Shown in pieces: positions 10,171-19,516 of a stretch of DNA of 20,000 bases. Where the stretch lies: contig KZ538433.1 of the NCBI GenBank assembly GCA_000934665.2, positions 50,542-70,541 of the forward strand, read 5' to 3'. The number at the start of each line of letters is the position of its first letter. Position 1 is the stretch's first letter. The position numbers were made by a program, and so were the translations under genes. This stretch comes from Catajapyx aquilonaris (lineage: Eukaryota). The notes below the pieces were generated by a model that was not told the origin of the DNA, made no database searches, and saw only the letters and a program-made list of their open reading frames with translations.

Positions 10171-11063
10171 CAAACTAACTCTTTTTACTCTCCTAAAATT
10201 TGAAATTTTTTGGATTTTCTAATTCTGCTTGGGCTATAGTGTTGTGCAAACATCACCTCTACTGCTAATTTTCACGTTAGCAGGGTCAAAATACAAGCCA
10301 AAGAGCAATATTACGAAGCCACAACATCTGCATCCAGTCGTGGGTCGCAGCGCCGGTCCTACGTCCCCAGTCGCCACGACTGATATTTAATGATGTGTAA
10401 ATGATTCATTAGACTTGATTCATGAATTGCTACATAAAAGTGATTTCGAAGCGTGTGAGGTGATATTCTACTCGTTCACACCACCCTAGAGCGCAATATA
10501 CAGTCACGGCGACTGGGACCTGCAACCTGCAACTGGCTGCTAGTGTTGTGGCTTCGGAATATCGCCGTTTAGCTTGTATTTTGATGTGAAAGTTATTTAT
10601 TTTATTTTATTTTTTTTATTTTTCGTACCCCTTGATGGCCCTCTATGGGCCTTTCGGGGGGTGGCAAACCACCATACAGTTTTCTAATTAGTTTTTCTTC
10701 GAATCACCGGTGCAAGGATTACTAGGAAATAGGGTAAGGGTTGGGGATTTGGGGAGGGGACACATGCGCAGGTGCATTGTCCAGCTGTGGGCCAGGTGCA
10801 GTCCCCCAGGAGGTCAGGTTGCCAAGACGCCTCCTTAGGCGCTGGTCACGACCCATTGACGCAAGCGAAAGGTTTGTTCCCGGGTGGGGATTTGAACTCG
10901 GGACCTTTCGCATAGCAAGCCGAGACATTACCATCTCGGCCACCGTGCCTCCCCCTGATGTGAAAATTAGCAGCAGCGGTGATGTTTGCACAACACTATA
11001 GGGCAAGCAGAATTTTAAAACCCAAAATTTTCAAAATTTAGTAGGGTAAAAGGAGTTTGGTTG
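10171..11063. mobile_element. Foldback MITE (host of a SINE insertion), ends approximate
   Basis: Inverted arms: ctatagtgttgtgcaaacatcacc (about 10234) versus ggtgatgtttgcacaacactatag (about 10978); gaagccacaaca versus tgttgtggcttc; cccagtcgcc versus ggcgactggg. Confidence 0.8.
10595..10955 (-). mobile_element. tRNA-derived SINE, same family as 9693-10060, inserted in the MITE arm
   Basis: Reverse-complement head ccatctcggccaccgtgcctccccc, T-rich tail at 10595-10623. TSD TGATGTGAAA(G/A)TTA at 10582 and 10956. Confidence 0.9.
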
Positions 11064-11102
11064 TTAGCCAGGTGGTGTTGGTTCACCTTGACAGACTGAG
11101 AA

Positions 11103-11300
11103 GGCGGCACGGTGGCATAGTGGCTAGTGCCACAGCCTTCCACCTAAGGTCCCAAGTTCAATACCTAGGTCAGACAGATGAGGATACTTATGTGGTTCGA
11201 GTTTCAGTGGGTTCTCTCCATGTTCTTGTGGGTTTTCTTGGGGCTCTCCCGTTTAATCCAACAATCAAAACTCATCACAGCACAGATGATGCATAAAGTC
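11103..11300 (+). mobile_element. tRNA-derived SINE with V-SINE-like core
   Basis: A box TGGCATAGTGG (11113-11123), degenerate B box AGTTCAATACC (11155-11165). Core gttctctccatgttcttgtgggttttcttggggctctcccgttt resembles the V domain as I recall it. Confidence 0.65.
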
Positions 11301-11388
11301 AATGAATTAAAAGAGTTTCTTTTTCGTAACTCACTGTTCCCCAACAACTACACTACAGTTAATTAATGAGTAATGTTGACCATTTCAG

Positions 11389-11671
11389 TGCTGGTGGCCT
11401 AGTTACAGCAGTGGCACCTGTTGTTGTTCAGTGCAAGGGATTATGGGTAGGATGGCCAGGCATGTATTTTGATGACCCAAATGAGCCCATTCCTGAGTCG
11501 GACCCAAATGACAAGACTCCTACTGCTGGACTGAAGCCGTCTCAAGTGGTTCCTGTTCATGTTGAGAAGGACATGTTCGAGAGCTACTACAATGGATGCT
11601 GCAATGGGACTTTCTGGCCTCTCTTTCACTCCATGCCTGACAAAGCTATCTTCAGCGCAGAGCACTGGGAG
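11389..11671 (+). CDS. Tps1: Tps1 coding exon 3 (SAGGLVTAV...YYNGCCNGTFWPLFHSMPD)
   Basis: Acceptor catttcag ending 11388. TPS motifs AGGL, WVGWPG, YYNG, WPLFH. Donor GAG|GTCAGT at 11672 (phase 0). Confidence 0.96.
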
Positions 11672-11746
11672 GTCAGTAGTTTTAAAACAAGATGAGGCAG
11701 ACACATCGGAGAAGTAATGGTTAAAATGCCAATGTTGTTATTTGTA

Positions 11747-12272
11747 CAGCGTGTTCCGAGTACCAAGGTCATTTTTAGTTATCTCTAATGTCCCCTGGAG
11801 TAGTAATTTTTGTGCAGCTTGTTGTGCGCCAATCCAGGTGCCAAATTATTCCCAGTTGGTCGAATATATCTGTTGCTATATAGGGTGTTCCCGAATTCGT
11901 GTGCCGAAATGATATGGGTGGTAGGGGGTACATATGGAAGAAGCATGGCATGGACCCGAAAGGCCAGCAACGACATTGACGTCGACGATGTCTATCCTTA
12001 CAGGTATCCATACTTTGTCAGGATGCACATCGTTTATGTCAAAGGTCGACATCTGGACGTAGCATCAGCGGCCTTTCTGGCCATATCATGCCTCTTACAA
12101 GGTTCCATACACACTCCCTACCACCTATATAATTTTGGCAGACGAATTAGGGAACACACTGTATAATAGGGCACCTCAATCAGAAGGGCACCAAGCTTCG
12201 AAAAAAAGAAGAAGAAAAAACAGCCTTGAGCAAAATTTCCTATAACGAAAGTGACCCACTTGGAACACCCTA
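11747..12272. mobile_element. Outer Tc1/mariner-type MITE (degenerate)
   Basis: TA|CAGCGTGTTCCGAGT...GGTCATTTTTAGTTAT versus ATAACGAAAGTGACCCACTTGGAACACCCTA. Confidence 0.55.
11881..12161. mobile_element. Inner Tc1/mariner-type foldback MITE
   Basis: TA|TAGGGTGTTCCCGAATTCGTGTGCCGAAATGATATGGGTGGTAGGG versus CCCTACCACCTATATAATTTTGGCAGACGAATTAGGGAACACACTG|TA. Confidence 0.82.
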
Positions 12273-12749
12273 GATATATTTTGTTTTGGCAGTACACTCT
12301 CCCAATAACCAGCTTAAACTCATCATTGTGCTGGAAAAATCTGCCTTGTACCCCTGCAAGCAGCACCCAGCAGGTGTGGGTGGAAGCATGCATGTCTCAA
12401 TCAGACAACCCACTTTTGCAAAACTCGAGTCACACTTCCACCTGCACTCGCTGTGGTGCTTCTTGTGGTGGGGGTGCAAGGCAGTTTTTTTTCCAGCATT
12501 GTACTAACCCTTTGATTTACTTTGGTATTAGAAACATTAACTTAGATCCATTCAAATAACGGGTTTGTTCATGATGTGCCTGGGTTGGAAAGTATTCCTT
12601 ACATATCAAAATTATTCACAGTGCGGTGATACCATTCAAGTATGGTACAAGCTCAAAATTCTTTTATGTTTCTATTCCCATTGTCACAATTTGCAGATTT
12701 CCCATCATACAGTTTCTTCTATTTACTCGGATCTCCACTTGGATTTCAG

Positions 12750-14225
12750 GATTATGGGAAAGCCAACAACCTGTTTGCAGACCGCACCATGGAGGCCCTG
12801 CGATTGTCATTAAAGGATGACGACTCCACATCTTCCACTCCATTGGTATGGGTCCATGACTACCATCTGATGCTCATTGCCAACACCATCAGACAACGAG
12901 CTGATGATGAAAACCTCCGCTGCAAGCTTGGATTCTTTTTACATATTCCATTTCCACCATGGGACATATTCCGACTTTTTCCATGGGATGATGAAGTCTT
13001 ACAAGGGATGCTTGGATGTGATATGGTGGGATTCCACATTGAGGATTACTGTCTTAACTTCATTGATTGCTGTCAGCGGCGACTTGGTTGTCGTGTTGAT
13101 CGCAAGGCCATGTTAGTTGAACATGGAGGTCGGACTGTGCGTGTGCGTCCACTTCCGATTGGAATTCCCTATGAGAGGTTTGTGAACATGGCCAAAGAGG
13201 CGCCTTCTGTTGTTCACTCTACAGGACTGAAGATAATATTGGGAGTTGACAGATTGGATTACACAAAGGGTTTGGTGCATCGCTTACGGGCATTTCAGCG
13301 CTTGCTGGAGAATCACCCAGAGTATCTGGAAAAGGTTGCTTTCCTACAAATTGCTGTTCCATCACGTACTGACGTTAAAGAGTATCAGGATTTGAAAGAG
13401 GAAATGGACCAATTGGTTGGTTGCATAAATGGCCGCTTCTCAACTGCAAACTGGGCGCCAATACGCTACATTTATGGATGTGTGAGTCAGGCAGAATTGG
13501 CTGCCTTCTATCGTGATGCACGTGTTGCCTTGGTGACACCCCTGCGTGATGGCATGAACTTGGTTGCTAAGGAGTTTGTTGCATGCCAGATTGGTGAACC
13601 TGGAGTTCTTATATTATCACCATTTGCTGGTGCAGGGGAGACAATGCATGAAGCATTACTTGTGAACCCTTATGAGATTGATGCAGCTGCTGAGGTCATA
13701 CATCGTGCTCTGTCAATGCCACTTGATGAACGTGAAGTTCGAATGAGTCATCTGCAACGTCGAGAGCGTATATATGATGTCTCACATTGGATGAGATCAT
13801 TTTTGAAAGCAATGGGTAGCTTGATTGTTGAAGATGGTGATGATGTTTTGCCAACCACAATGATGCCAGTAACAATGGATGACTTTGAGGAATATTTATC
13901 CCGCTATGTGGGAGGTGAATACAAATTGGCACTCCTTCTTGACTTTGATGGTACATTGTCACCAATAGCACCACACCCTGATTTGGCAATCTTGCCCACT
14001 GAGACCAAGCATGTGCTGCAGCGTCTGGCCAACATGCCAGATGTGTGTATTGCAATCATCTCTGGGCGCAGTGTAGAGAATGTGATGGCAAAGGTTGGGA
14101 TCGATTCTATCACTTATGCAGGTAACCATGGACTGGAGATAGTACATCCAGATGGCACAAGATTTGTCCACCCGATGCCAGTTGAGTATGGAGACAAAGT
14201 CAGCGCTCTACTAAAATCTCTGCAG
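12750..14225 (+). CDS. Tps1: Tps1 coding exon 4 (core of T6P synthase and start of T6P phosphatase)
   Basis: Acceptor ggatttcag ending 12749. Motifs WVHDYHL, FFLHIPFP, DRLDYTKG, VPSR, RDGMNLVAKE, HAD motif I LDFDGTL and motif II ISGR. Donor CAG|GTAATG at 14226. Confidence 0.97.
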
Positions 14226-14260
14226 GTAATGTAACATTGATGGTCATTAATGCTGTAGAG

Positions 14261-14535
14261 CAGCCCCCTGCAACTCATACGATATGGTAGGGTAATATAA
14301 AAGTTTCCGTTCGCGGTGCTGGCACTTCCCTACCGAGATCTTGTGGTTCGGGCGGATGCTCGCGGACGCCTGAACCAATATAAACCATTCTTTCCACTGC
14401 AGCTGGGTCCGGAGGGCATTCACCCGAACCACAAGATCCCTGTGGGGCTGCGCCAGCGCCAAATTCCAGGCTGTGGGAGACTTTTATGTTAAACAACCTT
14501 CACCATAGGGCTAGATAGGGAGTTGCGGGGGCCTG
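14261..14535. mobile_element. hAT (Buster-type) MITE
   Basis: TIR CAGCCCCCTGCAACTC / GAGTTGCGGGGGCCTG. Perfect 8-bp TSD CTGTAGAG (14253-14260, 14536-14543). Internal inverted repeat at about 14337-14440. Confidence 0.92.
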
Positions 14536-14608
14536 CTGTAGAGTGTAGATAATGTAATTTTAGCAAGTGTTGCATCTGGCCCCCATGAGAACCTTTCCAG
14601 CTTGGGTG

Positions 14609-14772
14609 TTAATAATTCATAATAATAATTCATACCCTGGTATTAGCCATTGGCTCTTTAGGGGGTGCCTGGAACTCTTTGCTTTTCATTTTACTGTGCT
14701 CTTTGGGATAGGATAGGGACGGAAGGAAGCGGCTTCTGCCCCTTCGGAAAATGTCACTAGCCACCAGTGCCT
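14609..14772 (-). mobile_element. Truncated SINE-like element
   Basis: aggatagggacggaaggaagcggc is the reverse complement of gccgcttccttccttccctatcct in the 8724 SINE (1 mismatch). (ATT)n tail on the minus strand near 14610-14630. Confidence 0.55.
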
Positions 14773-14899
14773 CGAATGCCTGGATTAATGTCCAACACTG
14801 TACTTTGTCAGCTACATTCACCTAAACTTGTGTGACCTTGAAATAAAATTTTTAAAAATTAGCCGGCGGCGGGCTTATTGGTACTGTGGTTGCCCCTAT

Positions 14900-14996
14900 T
14901 TCAACATGCTGGGGGGAGGGGGGGGGGGCGTGAGTGGTTTCGTGAAAACAAAAAGGGGGGTGTCATGAGTCATGACAAAAAGGTTGGGAACCACTG
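14900..14996. mobile_element. Solo hAT right terminus
   Basis: aaaaAGGTTGGGAACCACTG followed by attTAcag. Left boundary unclear. Confidence 0.5.
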
Positions 14997-15448
14997 ATTT
15001 ACAGGATTGACATGGAATGACCCAGCTATTTTAAGTCACATGAAAGTAGTTGATTCACTACATCTTAGAATTGCTAAGTGGTGTTGCATTTCATAATTAT
15101 CTCAAAAGTGGCAATAATGTTTTCACCTCTCCATCATCCCTTTCATTGTAGCCTTGCCTTTTGTGCTATTTTTCATTTGCTGTTTTGTCCCAATTGAACA
15201 TCCAGCATAATTCTGGTTGTGATTAAAGTTAGCTGGAATAGAAAACAAGCTTGTCCCAATTCATTATTCATCATCATCATTGTCATGTAGAATGCTGTCC
15301 TGGTAGGGGTTTGCAAGCTGTAGTACACACATGCTCATATCTTGTGATGGTTCTAAGGATGATGCTATCTTGTGATGATCTACTATGTTTAGTGTTGGTT
15401 GGCATTTGTCTGCTTTTTTGTTGTTAATGTTTTATTATGTTTCATTTA

Positions 15449-16334
15449 TTAGGTCTATGCAAAAGTTCGTGCAGTTGACTTTGCGTGGTCAATAACTTTA
15501 GAATTTTGATACCCGAATTTGTTTTGTAGTGGCGGTTTACTCAACAAACATGTGCAAAGCGTCCAGTGAAGGTGATTTATTTAGATTTGTCCTATCAGTC
15601 ACTGGTTTGCCCTCATTTCCGGATGAACCCCGACAAGACCCATCTTTGGCACCGTTTTCTCTTGTTTTTTTGACCAGGGAAAAACTGCAGCAGAAGCCAG
15701 ATGGTTTTCGTGCGAGACATACGGTGAGGACATAGTGTCGGAGAATGTTTGTCAAAGCGCTTTTGCCACGGTAATTTTGATGTCACCAATCGGCAAAGGT
15801 CCGGGCACCCCAATGCTTCAGTTGATCAAGACCCAGGAGGGCATCATCTACCATGAGCAGTTGTAACAAGGTGAAAGCGTGAAAGACAGAGCGATACATT
15901 GCACAACTAAGGAAACTGGCCGAATTCCAGCAGCAGAAGTTTGGCTCAAACCAACGGCAAGTCATTCCCACCACAGCCTCATGTAGCGAAAGCGACAAAA
16001 AAGATGATGTTGGCACTTGGATGGAGGATGCTACCACACTTGGCTTACTCTCCAGACATTGTCCCTTCAGATTATCACCTGTTCCGTTCCATGCAACATG
16101 GCTTGTCTGGCAAGCACTTGGCCAATCTCACTGATGTCGAGAAATGGGTGGTTGACTTCTTTGTGACAAAGGCCAGAAACTTTCACAGCCAGAGCATTCA
16201 TCTGCTGGCCCGATGTTGGCAAGGAGTTAGTGAAAGTAATGGTTAATATTTTTATTAGTGAATGTTTTGCAAACAAGTTTTACAGATTTTTGATTTTCCC
16301 CCCCAAAAAACCACGAACTTTTATATAGACCTAT
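15449..16334 (+). mobile_element. Internally deleted, frameshifted mariner transposon
   Basis: TA|TTAGGTCTATGCAAAAGTTCGTG ... CACGAACTTTTATATAGACCTAT|TA. Relic peptides GNFDVTNRQRSGHP (15770-15811), GIIYHE and YSPDIVPSDYHLFRSM (the mariner YSPDLAPSD motif). Confidence 0.93.
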
Positions 16335-16398
16335 TACCATCTTCTGTTTAGGAGTGTTAGTCTTTTAAGGGCATTTTATCATTGACTTGGGTCTCTAA

Positions 16399-17325
16399 GG
16401 GCCAATTGTATTCAACATGAGTTAAATTAGGAGAAAATCAGAGGTTTTAGAACCAGAGGTTTTAGAACCGGAGGTTTTCAGAAAACTCCGACATGCATTG
16501 TATCAGCAAATCTCCGGTGAACTTAACCTGTGGTTTGAAAACTTTTTCAATTACCTCAGTGCCCCTTCCAAGTTCGTCAGTCGCGGTGGCCCATTGGCTG
16601 GATATGTCACGTGACCCCATCAACATTGTGAGCACGGTAGCCACCCTAGACAAGGAAGCTGCTATGTTTGACATTGGTGCTGGCCGGTTACCGTGGTCAC
16701 AAACCTCAGAAGTGTTCTATCTGCTGTGCCCCCCGAACCTTTCCAGCCCTTCCCCGGGGCAATGTCGCCCCGATGTCTGTGCCCCGCCTGTGCAGGCCCC
16801 GGCTAAAATTTCGGAGGTATTCCGTGCCTATTCACCTGATAATACGCCAAAAATCTACTAGATAAGTCGAAATACGGCCGCGTTCGAACGAGAAAACCAC
16901 AACGCGGGCTGAGAATCATCATCGGTTATCTCCATTTTTCAATGCAATCGAGCCAACAGCGGATTGACATTGGATGTGTTATGTTCGTTCATATCCACCC
17001 AACGTAGGTTGTAATAATGGCATCATAAACCTTCTGAGAGTTGGAAACAGTTTCGTTCAAGTTCACAAGTGACAGAATTATTCAGTTCTGAATATGTAAA
17101 TGACTCTCCTGAAAAAAATTAAAAAGTGGAGTTAACCGAAGATGATTCTCAGCCCACGACAAGTTTTCCTCTTTAACCTGCCAAAATCAGGAGGTTAAAG
17201 TTCACCAGAGATTTAACAGCAGGTTTTCGAAAACATGCGTTGATACAACAGGTTTGTTGTTAATGACTAGTTTTCTGCCTAGTAACCACAAGTTGAGAGA
17301 AAATTTGTGTTGATACAACCGGCCC
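16399..17325. mobile_element. PIF/Harbinger-like non-autonomous element (about 930 bp)
   Basis: Termini GGGCCAATTGTATTCAACA / TGTTGATACAACCGGCCC, flanked by TAA and TTA (TSD imperfect). Two internal inverted-repeat pairs and an agaggttttagaacc tandem. Confidence 0.7.
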
Positions 17326-17432
17326 TTACATCACTGATTATCTCTTTTTAGGGAAAAGTCATGCTGAATTTCATTGTTGTTGTTGTTACTAGACTAGCCC
17401 TTTCTCATTTGAATGCATTAATTAGTCATTAA

Positions 17433-17869
17433 CCCTGGAACCGTGCTGTGCCAAAAAGTTACGTTAACCGTGCCGTGGGGTCTTTTCGGACCCCACGCCA
17501 TATTTTAATTTTTATTAATTTTTATATAATACTTTTCGATGTGTTGACTATATACAATCATTCTTTGAACAATGCCTAAAATGATCGCTAATTCAAAATA
17601 AACATGCACTTCCTGTTATATACTGTAAAAAATTGCCAACAGTTCATTTCTGTAGTGAAGAGTTTTCTTTCGCGTATCACGGGAACCGTGATAAGGGGTC
17701 CTTTTGGACCCCAGCCTATACTACAATGTTCAGATAGTCCATAAAGTACCTCAAACTGACATTGTTGGCATATAAATCGCCCGTAGACAAATCGCCAGAC
17801 CACAAATCGCCCAAAGATGCATTTTAACTCCTTTGGGGTCCGAAAAGACCCCATGGCACTGTTCCAGGG
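17433..17869. mobile_element. piggyBac-type MITE
   Basis: TTAA|CCCTGGAACCGTGC ... GCACTGTTCCAGGG|TTAA. Subterminal GGGGTCTTTTCGGACCCC and its inverse. Confidence 0.88.
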
Positions 17870-17881
17870 TTAAGCGATATA

Positions 17882-18207
17882 CAGTAGAACCCCGATTATC
17901 CAACTCCTTGACCGTCTCGCTCCAGCAATAAATCAATGTTTTTTCATCAAATACTGTAATGTAGACCTTCTAAGCATTTGTTTTGTATTGCCTTAGTTAA
18001 ATTTTAAACAGTAGAATAACTATGTGTTTGTAAAAGATAAATAATTCACCATTTCTTAGAAAACCATGATTGTACATGTATTTCATGCTTTTATATGTTT
18101 TTTGTTGTGTTTCATAAAAGTTTTCTCTGCTCTTCGGATTATCTGACCTCTTTAGTTATCCGACCATGCCCCAGTCCCGTTGGTGACAGATTATCGAGGT
18201 TTTACTG
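17882..18207. mobile_element. Tigger/pogo-type MITE
   Basis: TA|CAGTAGAACCCCGATTATC ... GATTATCGAGGTTTTACTG|TA. Confidence 0.82.
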
Positions 18208-18351
18208 TATTTGTTGTGTCTTGATTAAAGACCAGTTCTGGATTTCCTTTGTCGATACAGGAAATTAATTTAGTCATAGATCTTCCCTGGTCTAAATCCC
18301 TACAACACCATGCTCCTCAATTTACAGTAATATTTTCTGCTTTCACCACAG

Positions 18352-18661
18352 GAGGAGGTATGCAAGGATGGAGCTTGGGTGGAGAACAAGGGTGCCCTAC
18401 TGACCTTTCACTATCGGGAGGTTGCCCTTGACCTGCGAGAAGCCCTCAGGACACGAGCTCAAGAGCTGATCACCCAGCACGGTTTTTTGGCAGGGAAGGG
18501 TCATTGTGTCTTGGAAGCCAGGCCACCTGTTCAGTGGAATAAAGGGAGGGCTTCCATTTATATCCTCCGCACTTCATTTGGAGTTGATTGGTATCAGAGA
18601 GTCAGGATCATCTATGTTGGAGATGATGTTACAGATGAAGATGCTTTCCAAGCACTCAAAG
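18352..18661 (+). CDS. Tps1: Tps1 coding exon 5 (phosphatase: EEVCKDGAWVENKG...QWNKG...GDDVTDEDAF)
   Basis: Acceptor tttcaccacag ending 18351, in frame with ORF 18379. HAD motif III Lys (NKG) and motif IV GDDxTDED. Donor G|GTATAT at 18662 (phase 1). Confidence 0.95.
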
Positions 18662-18801
18662 GTATATTGGCATGATGTTTTTATGCCTTAAGATGAGTTG
18701 CCTACATTTGGGGGACAACTTGAAAATGTTACTGTGTTGTAACTGGATGGGCTGGGGACTGAGACTGGGATAAACTGACTTAATGTTGTGCATCTTCGCA
18801 G

Positions 18802-19028
18802 GTATGGCAGTGTCATTCCGGGTCACTCCTTCCCACACTGTTCGATCAGCAGCAGACAAGCGCCTTCCTGACACAGAGTCTGTGCTGACCATGTTGAAAT
18901 GGGTGGAGCGGCATATGAACAAGAGAAAGCCTAGGCGGTCCATTGATACAATCAAAATGGAGTCTATGCAGGTGCAGTCTCACATCACTATGGGTGATGA
19001 TGATAAACCATTTAAACAGGATAAATAG
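18802..19028 (+). CDS. Tps1: Tps1 terminal coding exon 6 (GMAVSFRVT...RLPDTESVLTMLKWVERH...stop)
   Basis: Acceptor catcttcgcag ending 18801. G+GT = Gly restores LKGMA. TAG at 19026-19028. Confidence 0.93.
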
Positions 19029-19265
19029 TGTGGGAAGTAGATGTAGAAACCAGTAAGCTCTCCCTGCAAGGTTAGTACCGTAACTGGGTGTGTGACTTGT
19101 TTGCGTTGCTGTCATAAGAAATGAGAACTTCTAATGCTGCTGATAAAGTTGAAGGGCCCAGTAAAATAACAGCCAAACTTCAAAGAAAATGGGTATGCAG
19201 AAAATCTATCTCATTTTAAAACTGCAAGTTCTAGGAACTCTATCTAATCGAAATATTCCCTCGGT

Positions 19266-19449
19266 CAATGGTTCTCAAGGTGTGGTCCATGGCCCATTAA
19301 TCCCTCCATGTGGGCTACATCAATGACAAAAAATTCAATTTAATTATTACAGGTCTACTGATAGTCATGGGGTTAAGAACCCAAAGTGAGCTTTGTGATT
19401 TTTACACTTCTGTTTAGTGGGATGTGGTCCAAAAGTTTGAGGCTTGTTG
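19266..19449. mobile_element. Degenerate hAT MITE in the putative 3' UTR
   Basis: CAATGGTTCTCAAGGTGTGGTCC ... AAAAGTTTGAGGCTTGTTG. Flanks ccctcggt / cccttggg (6/8 match). Confidence 0.55.
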
Positions 19450-19502
19450 CCCTTGGGAAATGAAATAATGACATTAAGATTTAACACTGCTAAAGTAAAG
19501 AA

Positions 19503-19508
19503 AATAAA
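19503..19508 (+). promoter_or_regulatory. Candidate polyadenylation signal of Tps1
   Basis: First canonical AATAAA that I could find downstream of the stop codon (about 475 nt). Confidence 0.4.
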
Positions 19509-19516
19509 CTAATTAA

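Noticed and set aside
12642..12749. N-terminal 36 aa of the 530-aa ORF as a stand-alone (bacterial-style otsAB) gene start
   Set aside because: Pyrimidine-rich intronic sequence before the acceptor at 12749; the missing TPS motifs are in upstream exons.
8875..14735. Inverted SINE match flanking exons 3-4 as a circRNA driver
   Set aside because: Only about 24 bp of clear complementarity across about 6 kb, with many nearer competing hairpins.
9341..14996. Facing hAT ends as one composite transposon carrying Tps1 exons 3-4
   Set aside because: The flanking 8-mers differ (tactagaa vs atttacag) and the enclosed exons are integral to the gene; independent solo ends are more likely.
16440..16490. 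Short direct repeats as a CRISPR-like array
   Set aside because: Contiguous tandem copies without spacers, inside a DNA transposon end, in a eukaryotic context.
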